A stretch of DNA of 64,000 nucleotides from a virus. How positions within the stretch are numbered: the stretch's first letter is position 1; the number at the start of each line of letters is the position of its first letter. Location of the stretch: positions 2,763 through 66,762 of IMG/VR virus record IMGVR_UViG_3300028559_000035; one strand, written 5' to 3'. The notes under the pieces were generated by a model. That model was not told the origin of the DNA. It did not search any database and saw only the letters and a list, made by a program, of their open reading frames with translations. Of the stretch, positions 52,756 to 64,000 are shown in pieces. The position numbers and the translations under genes were made by a program.

Positions 52756-52821
52756 AGACTTCTGTGAAAAATTTCCCTTTCACGGAGTAGAATCGGTCAT
52801 GAAATATATAGAGATATGAAA
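52756..52821 (+). repeat. 66-bp cassette, copy 3
   Basis: Identical to copy 1; its ATG opens only a 24-aa ORF. Confidence 0.9.
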
Positions 52822-54047
52822 ATATCAAATTTTAGATTAAATGACTATTACTTAGATAGTAATAATAAAAAAACAAACGCTATTATTTAATAAGATGAAA
52901 TATAAAAATGGTGAAGAAATTAAAATAGGAGATTATGTAAGAGTAGTTATGTGTTGCTACCCAACACCTTCTATTGGATTACTTGGTAAAATTAGTAAAG
53001 TAGAAGATATATTTGAATCAATTAGATCAATTAGATTGTTAAGATGGGGTGTACATGTTAATATAAGATTTATTGAAAAGGTAACAGATAATTTAAATGA
53101 TATTGAAATGGAATTGAATGAGAATACAATATTTAATCCATTTTTATAAAATTTAATATAAGTTTTTCCTTATCATATAAAGAAATTCCTAAGTGAAGAT
53201 ATACTTTATATTAACTTCGTTCCCCAAATGATGAGCACACCAACCGGTATTATAATATGGTCAGATAGTGATGATCTCAGTCCAGGTAGTGTTGGAAGTG
53301 TAGAATGCCAAAAAAGTAAATTTATTAGAGTAGTAGAATTTAATGACTTCTTTAAACTTTAATATATGAGAATAAGATTGTATAAAAGTTCTGATTTTAA
53401 AAAGTCAGAAAAGAAAATGTGGAAACATATTTTAAAAAATTGGATTACATTTAATTTTAAACACTCTCCTAACTCGATATATACAATAGATAAAAAAACC
53501 ATTTAATCGGAGAAGTTGTTGAAGTATTTTGTAATTGCGGAGAATGTTTTCATAAAAATATCGATTGGTATGTTTGAAAATCATTTAGGATTAGTTTATA
53601 TTGGGGAGCCCCGTTTAGATTTTATTTATGGTAAAACCTATAAGGCAATTTATTTCACTACTGATCTCACTACTTTTTTAGATAAAGATTATTTACCAGT
53701 TGAATTTCCAAATCATCTAATACATCTAAATTTTATACATAGAGATGAATGGAGAGAAGAACGATTAGAGAAATTAGGTATATAGAATGAAATTAATAAA
53801 ACAAAATGATAATTATTTACTTATGGATGGTAAAACTATATTAGCAAATACAGATCCTAAACAAGTATCTATTTGGCCCACCGGAGAATTTTGCTTAGAT
53901 ATAGAACAAATTAATACTTTACTACCAATTGACGATGATGATGATTTTCAAATTGAAACAATTAGTGTTAAAGCAGAATATCAAGTTATAAATCTAAAAA
54001 GAAGTTTGAGAACTATTAGAAATAAAAAAATTGAAGAAATTCTAAAA

Positions 54048-55114
54048 TTATTTTGAGTTACTTATCACCATAAATATTTTATAAATTACACAAGAAATAT
54101 GTAATTTATATTCTTTATTTCCTTTATCAAAAAATTCTTTAACTGGTAACTCCGACTCAATCTTGTCAAAAACTAAATTCATTATATTTCGATATTCAGT
54201 ATCATTTGATTGTTTTATTTTATCCCAATAAGGTATTATTAACTTTATTATAACATCCTTTTCAAGATCGATATTTTCCTTATCAAGTTTAAAATTAAAT
54301 TTATTATAAGATATATCTAATTCTTCATCAATTATTGATTTAATAATTTCTACTTTAGAATCAGAATTTTCAAAAAATGTTTTTAAATATTTCACTTATT
54401 TGGAACAATCTTTATATTACTTATGGTTAAAATACCAGGTCTTACCATAGTTTCATTTTCAAATCTAGGAACTTGAACTTTCACATCAAATGTATAATAT
54501 CCATTGGTTGTTCTTAACCTCTTTGATGATGATGAATATTGTGAATAATATCTATCACCGGAATCTTTAACCCAATTAGATAAAGTTTTAAATTTACTTT
54601 GTGTATTAATTTCACCAGTTGATCTTATTATAACATTATCTCCTTTATCTTCAATGATAATATCATCATTTCCAAATGATGTACTATATGTATTTTCATG
54701 TATTCTTTTTTTAATTGCGGTAATGAAATCATTCATAAATTGAGTTGTTTCATCAACCTTTTCATCAAATGGTTCTTTTAAAGAACATTTAAAATGATAA
54801 TTATGAGTTCCACCAAAAGAATGTTCAAAACTATAATTCTTTATTTCAAATCCTTCTAACTCACAACATTTATTTATAGAATTGATGAAATCTTCTTCAT
54901 AACTTTTATATTCATTCGATTTTTTCAAAAGAATATCAATTGAATGTTCAATATAAGCAAAACCAGTAAATGGATAGGATTTATAGTTGAGACCGTTTTG
55001 ATCACAATATTTTTTATCACCGATTGAGAATCTAAAATCATCATCTATAAAATCGATAAAATAGTCTTTTATATTATCTTGTTCAATACTCTCATTAAAT
55101 CTTAATAATTTCAT
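54048..55114 (-). CDS. Two CTS-tagged hypothetical proteins (54392..55114 MKLLRFNES; 54048..54395 MKYLKTFFEN)
   Basis: Shared N-terminal motif; late-type box upstream of 55114. Confidence 0.55.
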
Positions 55115-55704
55115 ATCATTATATATTAATATTTTAAACTTAATTATATCAATAAAGTATATATTAGAAATTTAATTAATATGAAATTTGATTTAACTAA
55201 AATAGAATTTGATCAATCTGATTTGAATACCCTACACGATGTAATTTTTAACGCACTTGGTAAAGAAGACTTAACCAATGAACAAATTATTGAATACTGG
55301 AATATGTTTCCAGAAGATATAAAATTAGATGCCTTAAAATGGGGTGTAGGTGATACTCCTACTAGAGATAATATGCATGATTGGCTTGAAGAAAATTGTT
55401 TATGAAAGCAATTTGTATAAAAGATACAACATTCGACTTTGGAACTAAAAACACCTCTTTTAAGTTTGAAGTTAAAAAGAATGAAATATATGAATATTCA
55501 ACAACATTTTTTGGATATAGTATTAAAGATAAATTTAGAAGAGATTTAGAATATCCTATATTACCTAAATCTTTTGAAGATTCTTTTATAGATATATCTA
55601 AATATCGAGAGGTGAGTCTATATAAATTATTGGATAATTAGGTTAATATATTAAAAAATAATAAGTTTACATGAAAGTGATGTTATATATTTAATATATA
55701 TAAT

Positions 55705-56967
55705 ATGAAAAATAAAAAAAATTGTTTTATAGAAAAAGCTAAGTTAATATATGGTGATAAATATGACTATTCATTAGTTGAATATATTAGAAGTGATATC
55801 AAAGTTAAAATTATCTTTAATGGTGAAATATATGAACAAATACCAGCATCACATTTATCTGGTAAGTGTCCTGAAAATTTAAATAAAAGATTAACTACTG
55901 ATATTTTTATTAAAAAGGCTAAGTTAATACACGGTGATAAATATGACTATTCACTTGTTAACTATATTAACTCCTCTACAAAAGTTAAAATTATCTTTAA
56001 TAATATTATATATGAACAAAAACCAGAAGCACATTTATCTGGTAAATGTCCTGATAATTTATCAAAAAAATCCAATACTTATGAATTTATAAATAAAGCT
56101 AAATTAATACATGGAGATAAATATGACTATTCACTTGTTAATTATATTAATAATTCAACAAAAGTAAAAATAATACTAAATGGTTCCATTTATGAACAAA
56201 GACCATTAAAACATTTAGCTGGTAAGTGTCCTGAATTAGTAAAAAAATTTAATACTTATGAATTTATAAATAAAGCTAAACTTATACACGGAAACAAATA
56301 TGACTATTCACTTGTTGAGTATAAAGGAATGGAGGAAAAAATAAAAATATCTTATAAAAACAAGATATTTTATGTTTTACCATATAGCCATTTACTCGGT
56401 AAAAAAGTTGAAAAAATGATAGTTAAAAATACAAAAGATTTTATAGAAAAGGCTAAACTTATACACGGAAACAAATATGACTATTCAAAAGTTGAATATG
56501 TTAATAATTATACTAAAATTATACTTATTTTTAATAATAAAGAATATTTATACTCACCAACAGAACATTTAAATGGTGGCAATCCGAAGGGTGCTTTGAA
56601 AGGTAGTCGAGGAGAAGAAAAGATAAAAAATATTTTGATAAAATATGATATAGATTTTAAATCAGAATTTACATTCGAAAATTGTAGACATATTAATAAG
56701 TTACCATTTGACTTTTATCTAAATAAATTAAATATATTAATCGAATATGATGGCGAGCATCATTTTAAAAAAATTAAATACTATCATAAAGATAACTTTA
56801 GTAATACACTAAGAAATGATTTTATAAAGAATAATTACGCTTCCGAAAATAAAATACCTTTACTTAGAATACCATACACTGAAAATAATAATATAGAAAA
56901 TATTATTATCGATTTTATAAAAAATAATAATGTAAATTGTCAAGAAAGTCAAGTATTAATAAAATAA
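55705..56967 (+). CDS. Homing endonuclease with five tandem KAKLIHGDKYDYSLV repeats + PD-(D/E)XK/Vsr-like domain
   Basis: Internal repeats; LPFDFYL...IEYDGEHHF. Confidence 0.75.
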   Translation: MKNKKNCFIEKAKLIYGDKYDYSLVEYIRSDIKVKIIFNGEIYEQIPASHLSGKCPENLNKRLTTDIFIKKAKLIHGDKYDYSLVNYINSSTKVKIIFNNIIYEQKPEAHLSGKCPDNLSKKSNTYEFINKAKLIHGDKYDYSLVNYINNSTKVKIILNGSIYEQRPLKHLAGKCPELVKKFNTYEFINKAKLIHGNKYDYSLVEYKGMEEKIKISYKNKIFYVLPYSHLLGKKVEKMIVKNTKDFIEKAKLIHGNKYDYSKVEYVNNYTKIILIFNNKEYLYSPTEHLNGGNPKGALKGSRGEEKIKNILIKYDIDFKSEFTFENCRHINKLPFDFYLNKLNILIEYDGEHHFKKIKYYHKDNFSNTLRNDFIKNNYASENKIPLLRIPYTENNNIENIIIDFIKNNNVNCQESQVLIK

Positions 56968-57443
56968 AAAGAGATAACTCCAAATCAAAAAATATAGAAG
57001 CTGCTCTATGTATGTATTTATATCTAAAAGGACACTCACCTATTAGCTCTCATGTTACTATATCTAAGTTATCTGAGTGCGATGTTATATCAGTTTCTAA
57101 ATCAGATTATATTTATGAGTATGAAATCAAAATAAGTCGATCTGATTATAAAAAGGACTTCATAAAAGAAAAACACTCTCAGATGATAAAAGAGAATCAT
57201 ACAAAGATTATAAAGGGTGAAATGATGTATCTATCTCCAAATTATTTTAACTTCATTACACCAAAAGGATTAATAAGTTTAGAAGAAGTTCCAGAATATG
57301 CCGGTTTGATTTATATTAATGATGATTTAACATTTGATATTATCAAAAAACCAGTTTTACTACATAAAACTAAAGCTAATCCACAATTTATAAGAAAGCT
57401 AGCACACAATCTTAGTTGTAAATTAGTTTTCAAAAATATTTAA
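56937..57443 (+). CDS. MmcB-like PD-(D/E)XK nuclease
   Basis: ECDV.......YEYEIKISRSDY..D..K; F.FITP.GL....EVP.YAGL. Confidence 0.7.
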   Translation: MSRKSSINKIKRDNSKSKNIEAALCMYLYLKGHSPISSHVTISKLSECDVISVSKSDYIYEYEIKISRSDYKKDFIKEKHSQMIKENHTKIIKGEMMYLSPNYFNFITPKGLISLEEVPEYAGLIYINDDLTFDIIKKPVLLHKTKANPQFIRKLAHNLSCKLVFKNI

Positions 57444-58317
57444 GGTAAGTTAAATATTGAATATATATTTAATGGAAAAATTTATTGAAAAGTTTATTGA
57501 TTTAATTTCAAATTATGATAGTAGAAAGATGAAAATAGATCTAACACATGACTTTAAAAGTGATGATCTCTATTCTAGAATATTAAATCTTGTTCATCTT
57601 TATTATGATGTTAATATTTTATCTAAAAAAGTTATAGATAAAGAAATTATAGATATTTTTAAAACTTATAAATCAGAATTTAAATTTATTAGGAAATCTA
57701 TTTTTATTATTGATAAGAATTTAGAAAATAATTCAACTGAAAGAATATTATATCCCGATATATCTAATTTATATTATAAACATAATCAATTTAAAGTAAT
57801 TCTTAATTTATTTAATGATTATATAGAAAATAAATTATAAATTGGTAGATGATGTTTTTATATATATTTAAAATTAATATAAAATATGGAATATAAAATA
57901 ATATCTATAAGACAAGATAAAGAAACTCTATTTACAAAAGTTGAATTTACTTTTGATTTTGGCACTGAAATAGTTGAAATACCACATAATTATCCAGAAA
58001 CATATTCAGAAGAAGCTTTTCATAAAAATATTGAACAAAATATTAAAAATGTAGCTGATGCTTTAATTGCTAAAGAAGTTAAATCAAAAGAAATTGAAAA
58101 TAAATTACCAACAATTGAAATTGGAGTAACTAAAAGTTTAGAGTAAAATTTTACTCTACTATTTTTATTTTTTCTCCAAAATAAGGAGCTTCAGGATCAA
58201 TTCCTATACCAACTTGGAGTAATAAATATTCTAACTCCTTATCATCAAGAAATTTAAAATCAGTTTTTGATAATTGTTCTTTAATTATTTTAACTACTTC
58301 TTCTCTTTTTAATTCTA

Positions 58318-58665
58318 TCATCCTGTTGATTGTATAAATTTCATATCTTTAACAGGTATTTTATCAGGACTCTCATAACTCTTACTACGAGCTCTATGTG
58401 TATGAATAAAATACCCGTTTTTATCAATACCCATACTAAATCCTGATGGATACCCACCTTTTTCTATTTTATCTAATAAACTTTTACTTAAATTTAATTC
58501 CGTTATTTTAGATTTACCAGCTTTAGTATAAGGTTTTAACAAAGTAATTGCTTCTTCTTTCCTCTCCTTTGAAATTCCTCTTAAATTCCGAATAATATCT
58601 TTAATATCTTTAATATTACCAATATCTTTACTATTATTTTCTAAAAATGTTTCTAAATATTTCAT
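58318..58665 (-). CDS. CTS-tagged hypothetical protein (MKYLETFLEN)
   Basis: GYFIHTHRARSKSY motif; late-type box upstream. Confidence 0.55.
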   Translation of the reverse strand: MKYLETFLENNSKDIGNIKDIKDIIRNLRGISKERKEEAITLLKPYTKAGKSKITELNLSKSLLDKIEKGGYPSGFSMGIDKNGYFIHTHRARSKSYESPDKIPVKDMKFIQSTG

Positions 58666-58915
58666 AATTTTATATATTAAACTTTAATCATATCCATTTA
58701 TAGAATTATAAATAAGATTATGAATATGAAAACAATAGAAATTAATGAAACATCTGAACCTTGGGGCGCACCAAGTTATTACTCAGCTAATAAGATAATT
58801 TTATTAGAAGCAATTATGAATCAGTTAGGATTAACTGAAAGTGACTTAGAAAAAGAAACATCTTGGATAAGATCTAAAATAAGAGAATCTAATATAAATA
58901 AAATTTTAAGTTAAT

Positions 58916-59524
58916 ATGACAAGTACTCAAAAATTTGCAAAGCAAGAATTAGATATTCTCAAATCAACAACCCCAGATTCAATTATTACACCTTTTGAAA
59001 AAGAAATTTTAGCTTTATGTGAAGCCTTTGGAAAGAGTGGACAAAGTGGAGGATCTGCCCAATACACAGCTTCTGCAATTTCACAAGCAGTAAAAAAGCT
59101 AATGTTACATGAACCTATCTGTGATGTAATTGGAAACGAAAATGAATGGGTTGATATAAGTGAAATTAGTAGTGGTGATTTATGGCAAAATTCAAGATGT
59201 AGTGGGTTATTTAAGAATCCCGATGGTAAATTATCTTATGTAGATGCAATTGTTTGGAAAGGTGAAGAAAAATGGGACACTTTTACTGGTAGAGTTTATA
59301 TTGATGATAAAGATTTTGAATTAATAGGAAGTAGTCAATATGCAAGACTACCATTTAAACCTAAGACATTTTATATTGATGTTGTTAGAGTTCCGATTAC
59401 AAAAATTGAAGCAGAAAGTAGAGATTTACATTATATTGAAGATGGTTTTAATGAATGTTATTATACAATATTAAAAGATCCTAAACAACTTGAAGATGTT
59501 TTTAAATATTATGATAAGAAGTAA
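58916..59524 (+). CDS. Conserved phage hypothetical protein (G.SGGSA motif)
   Basis: A..EL...F...GQSGGSA...EW...QN.RCS..FK. Confidence 0.55.
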   Translation: MTSTQKFAKQELDILKSTTPDSIITPFEKEILALCEAFGKSGQSGGSAQYTASAISQAVKKLMLHEPICDVIGNENEWVDISEISSGDLWQNSRCSGLFKNPDGKLSYVDAIVWKGEEKWDTFTGRVYIDDKDFELIGSSQYARLPFKPKTFYIDVVRVPITKIEAESRDLHYIEDGFNECYYTILKDPKQLEDVFKYYDKK

Positions 59525-59528
59525 ATTT

Positions 59529-60188
59529 CTATTTTTTTATACAAATTACTAAACCTCTAGTATCCTTTATATAATTGATTTTAAATTCATTATCTAAATC
59601 TAAATTCATTTTAAATTCATGAAAACAATCATCTATATCTAGATTATTAAAATCACTCAAGTTATTCATGCCTAATATAATTCCACAAATAAAAGTAGAT
59701 ACTCCTCTATAACGATGATATTGAACTAAGTCATAATTATCACTATCTTCTAAGGATCCATATAAATATCCATATTCTAATTTAGATATTTCTATTCCTT
59801 CATCAGTGAATGGATATAGACTATTTTCGATATCGTCTTTTTTTGGAAAAATATCTAGATTATTATAATAATCTAATTGGTTTTCACATATTTCACATGC
59901 AAATGAAAGAGGATCACTTGTATATTTTTTATAAATAATAGGATTTTGAATATCATCCATATAATTTATAGTTCCATTAGAATCTTCTAAATAGGCAATA
60001 TAACTATTTCCTATACTGGGATCAATTTCTCTTATTAAACAATTAAATCCTTTTTTTGATAATTTTTTTCTCCAAATTCTTAAAGCATGAAATCCTTCAG
60101 CTTTTGGATCAAATTCTTTCCACCCGAATCCAAAATAAATTTCTTTTTTATGCCCTATTCCTTCATTAAAATAATTTAAATATTTCAT
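59529..60188 (-). CDS. CTS-tagged hypothetical protein (MKYLNYFNEG)
   Basis: Shared N-terminal motif. Confidence 0.55.
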   Translation of the reverse strand: MKYLNYFNEGIGHKKEIYFGFGWKEFDPKAEGFHALRIWRKKLSKKGFNCLIREIDPSIGNSYIAYLEDSNGTINYMDDIQNPIIYKKYTSDPLSFACEICENQLDYYNNLDIFPKKDDIENSLYPFTDEGIEISKLEYGYLYGSLEDSDNYDLVQYHRYRGVSTFICGIILGMNNLSDFNNLDIDDCFHEFKMNLDLDNEFKINYIKDTRGLVICIKK

Positions 60189-60213
60189 AACAATATATAT
60201 AAAATTACTATAT

Positions 60214-62346
60214 TTGTTAAATATGGATTATAGCGAAAGAATATTTTATAAAAATGGATGGGGTATAAGTATTATATCTAACCAATACTCATATGGTGGT
60301 AGAGATGGATTATATGAAATAGCTGTTTTAATAGGTGATGAAGATTGTTTTGAGCTGAGCTATGATACTCATATAGCTAGTGATGTTATTGGGTATCTTG
60401 ATTTTGATAAAGTTGCTGAAATTGAAAAGTTAATTCAAGAATTACCAATTACAAAAGAAGCTATAATTAAGAATAGAGATGTTAAGATAAATGATATATG
60501 TGGGTAATTTGTGTTAATAATTCTTTTTGTGATGGTGCTTCAAGTGATAGTGTGAGTTTAACTATTGGTAAAAAATATTTTATTAATAAATTGATTAGAA
60601 ATGGAAATTGGTCAGAATATTTAATATCTAATGATTTTGGTAATATAAATTATTATCATTCTGATAGATTTTTAGATATAGATACTTATCGAAATAATAA
60701 AATATCTAATATACTTTATTAGTTCCATCTTTTAAGATGTAAATCTATTGAATCCATTATAATCCTAATAAGATACTCTCTTTTCTTATATCGCCTCTGC
60801 TTTTAAAATTATTAAATTTTAATATACTCATATTTTATATATTAGGATTTTTAATTATATTTGTAAAATGGAAGAATTTTATAAAGAACTATTAGTTCGT
60901 GAAAAAATACTTGAATCAGATTTTAAAAATGATCCAAGATTAGATATACAAGGCCAAATTTATGAACTTAAACTCATAATAGTTAGAGTTCAGCAAATAT
61001 TATTAGATAATTTAAATGTCAGAAGTTAAATATTGTCATATTTGTTATTCACTTCATATTTATGAGGAATGTGTTTGTGATGTTTGTGATAATTATTATT
61101 GTGAAGATTGCTCATATTCATTCACAATACATTATCAACATGAAGGAAATAGATGTTTCTGGTGTTCAAATCAAGATAGAAGAAAAGAATTAACAAAAGA
61201 AATGATTAGAGAAAATAAATTTAAAATAATTTTTTAAAATGGCAAGACAAATAAATCGTTGTGGTGGTCTTCTAAAACCATTTAAAGTTTCAAAAATGCC
61301 TAGTCCTTCAAAAGAAGAAATTGAATCTGAAATTTTTGGTGAGATATTATGGTAGTCATGTATATTAGATGTACTAAATCCAATTATAAGAGATAATAAA
61401 ATTAATAAAATTCTAAATGATCGTTATATCGAAGAGACAAACATTAAACCTAACAAGGGATAAGTTCTATAAAGTTATAGAGATTACATCTGCTAGATAT
61501 AAAATAATCTCAGATAGAAATTGTATTATTACCACAAGTTTCAATAATTTTTATGATTTAGAAGAATCTAGAAAATTAATACTTAACAATATATTAGATG
61601 AAAAATAAATCATTATTTCTTATTTCAGTAGGAATTTTAAACTTACTGCACGGACTAACACATATTGTACAATTTATACAATCTTTGTTTCTAATAACAT
61701 ATTCAATAGAAAAACACGAGCATCAATCTTTAATTGATAAGATAATGCATAGTCCTATTCTGGCTTTAATATGGGCCATTATTGGTATAATATCTTTAAT
61801 AATTGGTATTAGAGATTATAGACATCATAAAAATTGTAATCATGAGCATTAAAGAAATTCTAATAGAAAGATACCCAAATAGTAAACATGTAAATAATAT
61901 AAAATTTTGTAAATTATTTGACGATAGATTTATCTATTTAGAATTTTATGATGGAAAAGGAATTTTCTATGAAATAAAAAAAGAAAAACTTTATGTTTAT
62001 AAAAAAGAAGAAGTTTATAATGAATTAGATACTAAAAAATGGATTCAAATTTTCCGGGAATCTAAATTAAATAACTTACTAAGTGAAGATTTATAAAATA
62101 AAATATATTGGTGAAGATATTTATGGGAATTATAATTCATCTTTTCTTGGAAAGAAGTTGCTTACCAAAGGTAAAATATATGAACTTCAAATTGAATGGG
62201 ATTTAGGAATGTTTATCAATAATCATTGGATATTTTATATTTTTGATGATATAAATGACGGAACATCAAGAGGTTATGAATTAAATAAAAATGATATTGT
62301 AACTTTACGTGAATTAAATTTAAACATATTACTAAATGAAAATTAA
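60214..62346 (+). CDS. Run of small hypothetical proteins, most ending in an RExK-type tag
   Basis: NRDVKINDI, YRNNKISNIL, IRENKFKII, FRESKLNNLL, LRELNLNILL; 61598..61852 is a two-TM protein. Confidence 0.45.
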
Positions 62347-63144
62347 TACCTTTAATGAATTAAGCACTGATGATGTAATAGATGAATGTAAATTTGTTCT
62401 TTCGGATTTCATTGATGATGATTCTGGTGAAATTTCTATTAAAAACCATATAATGATTTTTAATAGAAAAGATTCTGGTTCTACTGAAAATATCACTTCC
62501 CTCTTAAAGGGCCTTGGTAAAATCGAAGTAATTAATATTTACTTTCAAAAATACTCTTCTGAGAGATTAATTAATCTTATTAACCATTTAGATTATTTAA
62601 ATTTATTTCTTGAAGATAATGGTTATTTTATAACAAGTATAATGGGTGATTATAAAGATTATGATGATAATTTTAATTGGAATAATGTTAATTTATTAGA
62701 GGAATTAAAAAAATCACTTAAAAATAAAAAAATTTTAAATCCTAATCTTTGGTATGAAAAAAAGACTATTTGAAAAATAAGAGTTTGAATTAAATTTAGA
62801 TATTTAATATATAACAAATGAAAATATTAAAATTTAATACCTTTATTAATGAATCTGAAGATAATGATCCTTTCGAGGGTATTAAACAAGAGTGTAAATT
62901 ATATGAATATAAAGAAGAAAAAACATCCGAAAAAATAGTAATAGACGTTGAAGTTGGTGACACAGTATATTTAGGAAAATTTAAAAATAAGAAAACTATT
63001 ATCAAGAAAATTGATAAAGATGAAACTGGAATGCCAACTATAAACGGTAAAAAAGTTGTCACATTTAGAATACAAGAACCCAAAAAGAATCCTAATTTCA
63101 AAGGGTATCGAAGTCGTTTCAAAAAGAAGAAAAAAGAAGACTAA
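62336..63144 (+). CDS. Two CTS-tagged hypothetical proteins (62336..62773, 62818..63144)
   Basis: MKINTFNE; MKILKFNTFINES with TAATATATA upstream. Confidence 0.5.
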
Positions 63145-63191
63145 ACAATTTCCATTATTTTAGATAAAAGTAATAAATATCAAAAATATAG

Positions 63192-64000
63192 ATGATAAGT
63201 TACATAGGGGCCAAATCAGGCTCAATGGGTAAATGGATTGAAGAGTTTATTCCAAAAGATATAAAAATATTTTCTGAACCATTTAGTGGGATGTTTAATG
63301 TTTATCTAACTATGGATTTAGACAAATACCCTGATTTAGAAAAAGTAATCTATAATGATTTTAATGTTTTAAATGCTAATATATTTGCTTGTGCTAGAAA
63401 ATATAAAGAGTTTTATCCTTTTTTAGAAAATCAAGAGTGCCAACAAAAAAGAAAAAATGTTTCACTAACAGATCCTAAATTTAAAAAATGGTTTGATGAA
63501 TATCAAAAAGAAATATTTACAAATCAACCTAAATTAGATATGGATAATCCTGATTATGAAAATGGTGTTAAATATTCATATGTCCTATCACAAGTTTTTT
63601 CCGGTTCTAAACCAGAAACCAGTTCTTTCATTGACTTAAAAGGTAAGTATAACTGTAAGTTTGAATCCTTTAGAAAGAAAATGAATGGTTCTAACCACGG
63701 TAAGAAAATATTAAACCATTTAGACAAGATTACAAATGTTGAAAGTATAGATTTTGAAGATTTAATGTTAAAATATGATAGTCCAGAAACATATTTTTAT
63801 TTAGATCCACCATATTATAACTGTGAAAAATACTATAGTAATCATGAATTTGGATTAGAAACCCATAAAAGATTAGCTGATTGTATTAAAAAATTAGAAG
63901 CTAAATGGTCACTATCTTATTATTATTTTCCAGAATTAGAAGAATGGTTTCCAAAAGATAAATATCGATGGGAACAAAAAGAATTTAATAAAATATCAGG
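63192..64000 (+). CDS. DNA adenine methyltransferase (Dam/D12 class), runs off window end
   Basis: Manual translation: YIGAK...EPFSG...YNDFN...FYLDPPY. Confidence 0.85.
   Translation, partial: MISYIGAKSGSMGKWIEEFIPKDIKIFSEPFSGMFNVYLTMDLDKYPDLEKVIYNDFNVLNANIFACARKYKEFYPFLENQECQQKRKNVSLTDPKFKKWFDEYQKEIFTNQPKLDMDNPDYENGVKYSYVLSQVFSGSKPETSSFIDLKGKYNCKFESFRKKMNGSNHGKKILNHLDKITNVESIDFEDLMLKYDSPETYFYLDPPYYNCEKYYSNHEFGLETHKRLADCIKKLEAKWSLSYYYFPELEEWFPKDKYRWEQKEFNKIS

Noticed and set aside
50636-52821. CRISPR array
   Set aside because: Repeats are 66 bp and separated by ~0.7-1.3 kb of genes; no cas genes are visible.
53160-53362. GC-elevated gap as ncRNA
   Set aside because: It is an open frame (FPYHIKKF...FNDFFKL*) lacking its 5' end; most likely a gene remnant.
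3718-62796. Short antisense or alternate-frame ORFs (3718, 8822, 9124, 11003, 14270, 15903, 16286, 25724, 26848, 27242, 28169, 29290, 36141, 46153, 52465, 62796)
   Set aside because: Shadows of better-supported genes; no recognisable motifs.
1-64000. Genome-wide TAG recoding (code 15-like)
   Set aside because: Long genes have no internal TAG, and many genes end in TAG right after conserved C-terminal motifs or overlapping the next start; only the 3026-5599 operon needs read-through.

Overview
A 64-kb, very AT-rich, gene-dense segment of what is most likely a large (jumbo-type) lytic phage infecting a Bacteroidota host. Support: repeated TAnnTTTG -7 promoter boxes, captured T9SS/SprB/PKD-type genes, an AATATATA box resembling the T4 late promoter, free-standing homing endonucleases, IF-3, DHFR, ferredoxin, methyltransferases and many tRNAs. 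It is an accessory region with no capsid, terminase or polymerase genes. Four candidate systems stand out. (1) 2921-5599: an atypical amber (CUA) tRNA heads an operon whose Pth2-like and HD-domain genes both start ATG-AAY-TAG-ATT (M-N-amber-I), while TAG is an ordinary stop elsewhere. (2) 32091-35036: two converging tRNA clusters, each preceded by a leader peptide rich in codons for the downstream tRNAs (Pro/Gln/Asp; Gln), an antiterminator-complementary segment and an intrinsic terminator, i.e. apparent ribosome-mediated attenuation of phage tRNA genes. (3) Two largely mutually exclusive peptide tags on dozens of unrelated small proteins: an N-terminal MKYLKxF(N)E tag like the T4 capsid-targeting sequence, and a C-terminal R-[ED]-x-K-[IL]-x-x-[IL]-L helix. 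(4) 50415-52821: a ~210-nt structured non-coding region followed by three copies of a 66-bp stem-loop/promoter/start-codon cassette. All calls come from manual reading and motif recognition; no searches were run.
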